Part shown: positions 63,190 through 64,000 of the stretch, in pieces | How the letters are laid out: each line of letters starts with the position of its first letter | How positions within the stretch are numbered: the first letter of the stretch is position 1 | Source: Malacoraja senta | Taxonomy: Eukaryota | Length of the DNA stretch: 64,000 nucleotides | Assembly: GCA_038087875.1 (NCBI GenBank) | Contig: CM075989.1 | Span: 20,212,001 to 20,276,000 of the forward strand | Direction of reading: 5' to 3' | Translations under genes and position numbers: made by a program | The notes under the pieces: generated by a model | What the model was told of the DNA's origin: nothing | The model's database searches: none | What the model saw: the letters and a program-made list of their open reading frames with translations, nothing else

Positions 63190-63850
63190 TGTTGTTCAGA
63201 GATACATTGGCATTCTCACAGAAGAAACGCACAAAGCAAGTTTGCACTACAGTAGGTAATTAGGAAAGTATAAGGAATATGGTTTTATCAGCCTATATTG
63301 CAAGAATAATAGGATCCAAAAGTAAGTAAGATTTCTGCAATAGGACATGAATTTGGTGAAACTACACTTGCAACACTGCCTGCAATTTTGATCTAATTTA
63401 AGAAACGATACTCTTGCCTTTGAAATAGTACAGAGATTGTTTATTATAAATATGAAGAGACAACATAATGAGGAAAGATTGGCACTTTGCACCTAAACTC
63501 GATGAAGTTTAAAAGTTTGAGAGGTGACCTTATTAAAACTTAGGTGTTTACAGGATGACAAGGAACCTGCTGACAGGATGTTTCCTCTGGTTTTGGGTAT
63601 TGACATCTCAGGGAATAGACTCAGGAGAAGTGATCGCTTATTCATTTTTGAGATGAGGAAGAATTTTTGTTCTCAAAGGCTCATGAATCTCTGGAGTTCT
63701 ATAATCCAGGTAGCTGTAGATGCCGACTCATTATGTATGTTGCAGTCTGTTCATTTTTCAACCACAGGGAAGCAGGAGTTGAAACTAAGGTCAGATCAGA
63801 TATGGTTTGCATGAAAATCAAAACTGAGTCAAGAGGACAAATAGCATACC
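63190..63850 (+). mobile_element. Old CR1 LINE 3' fragment
   Basis: Degenerate ORF2 C-terminus (EMRKNFCSQRLMNLWSS...VAVDADSL). Confidence 0.7.
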
Positions 63851-64000
63851 TCTTTCTTAAGTGGAGGGGTAAGAACTTCTTTAAATTTCTCTGCTTTTTT
63901 TGTTTGTTTGGAGGTGCAGATGTAGCCATGGCTTCATAGTTCATCTGAAACAATTCACATGGATGTACAAAGTATTCCTATGTTTTATGAACAAGTTTCT

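Noticed and set aside
55237-64000. Upstream GALK2 exons (donor-like acttac at about 58305 and 62270)
   Set aside because: No frame resembling the expected DKTKPLWHNYFLCG peptide was found; the exons probably lie beyond the window

Overview
Eukaryotic, AT-rich, repeat-dense genomic DNA. The SINE/LINE families point to a cartilaginous fish, probably a skate or ray (inference). Two spliced genes converge tail-to-tail. On the + strand are the last six coding exons of a FAM227B-like gene (9077-21408), which include a U12-type AT-AC intron (12935-17379). On the - strand are the last six coding exons of GALK2, N-acetylgalactosamine kinase (55236-21711); its 5' exons appear to lie beyond the window. 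The two 3' ends probably overlap antisense. The introns contain tRNA-derived V-SINEs, CR1 and Rex1/Babar LINE fragments, PIF/Harbinger MITEs, and many Penelope-derived fold-back elements carrying hammerhead-ribozyme-like cores. The most striking item is a ~142-bp TSD-flanked retroposon at 35080-35221 (-). Its first 54 nt fold as a minimal CPEB3/HDV-like self-cleaving ribozyme, with the predicted cleavage site exactly at the element's 5' boundary. It sits in sense orientation within a GALK2 intron. Almost all ORFs in the supplied track are spurious or repeat-derived. Homology calls come from recalled protein and repeat sequences, not from database searches, and repeat boundaries are approximate.
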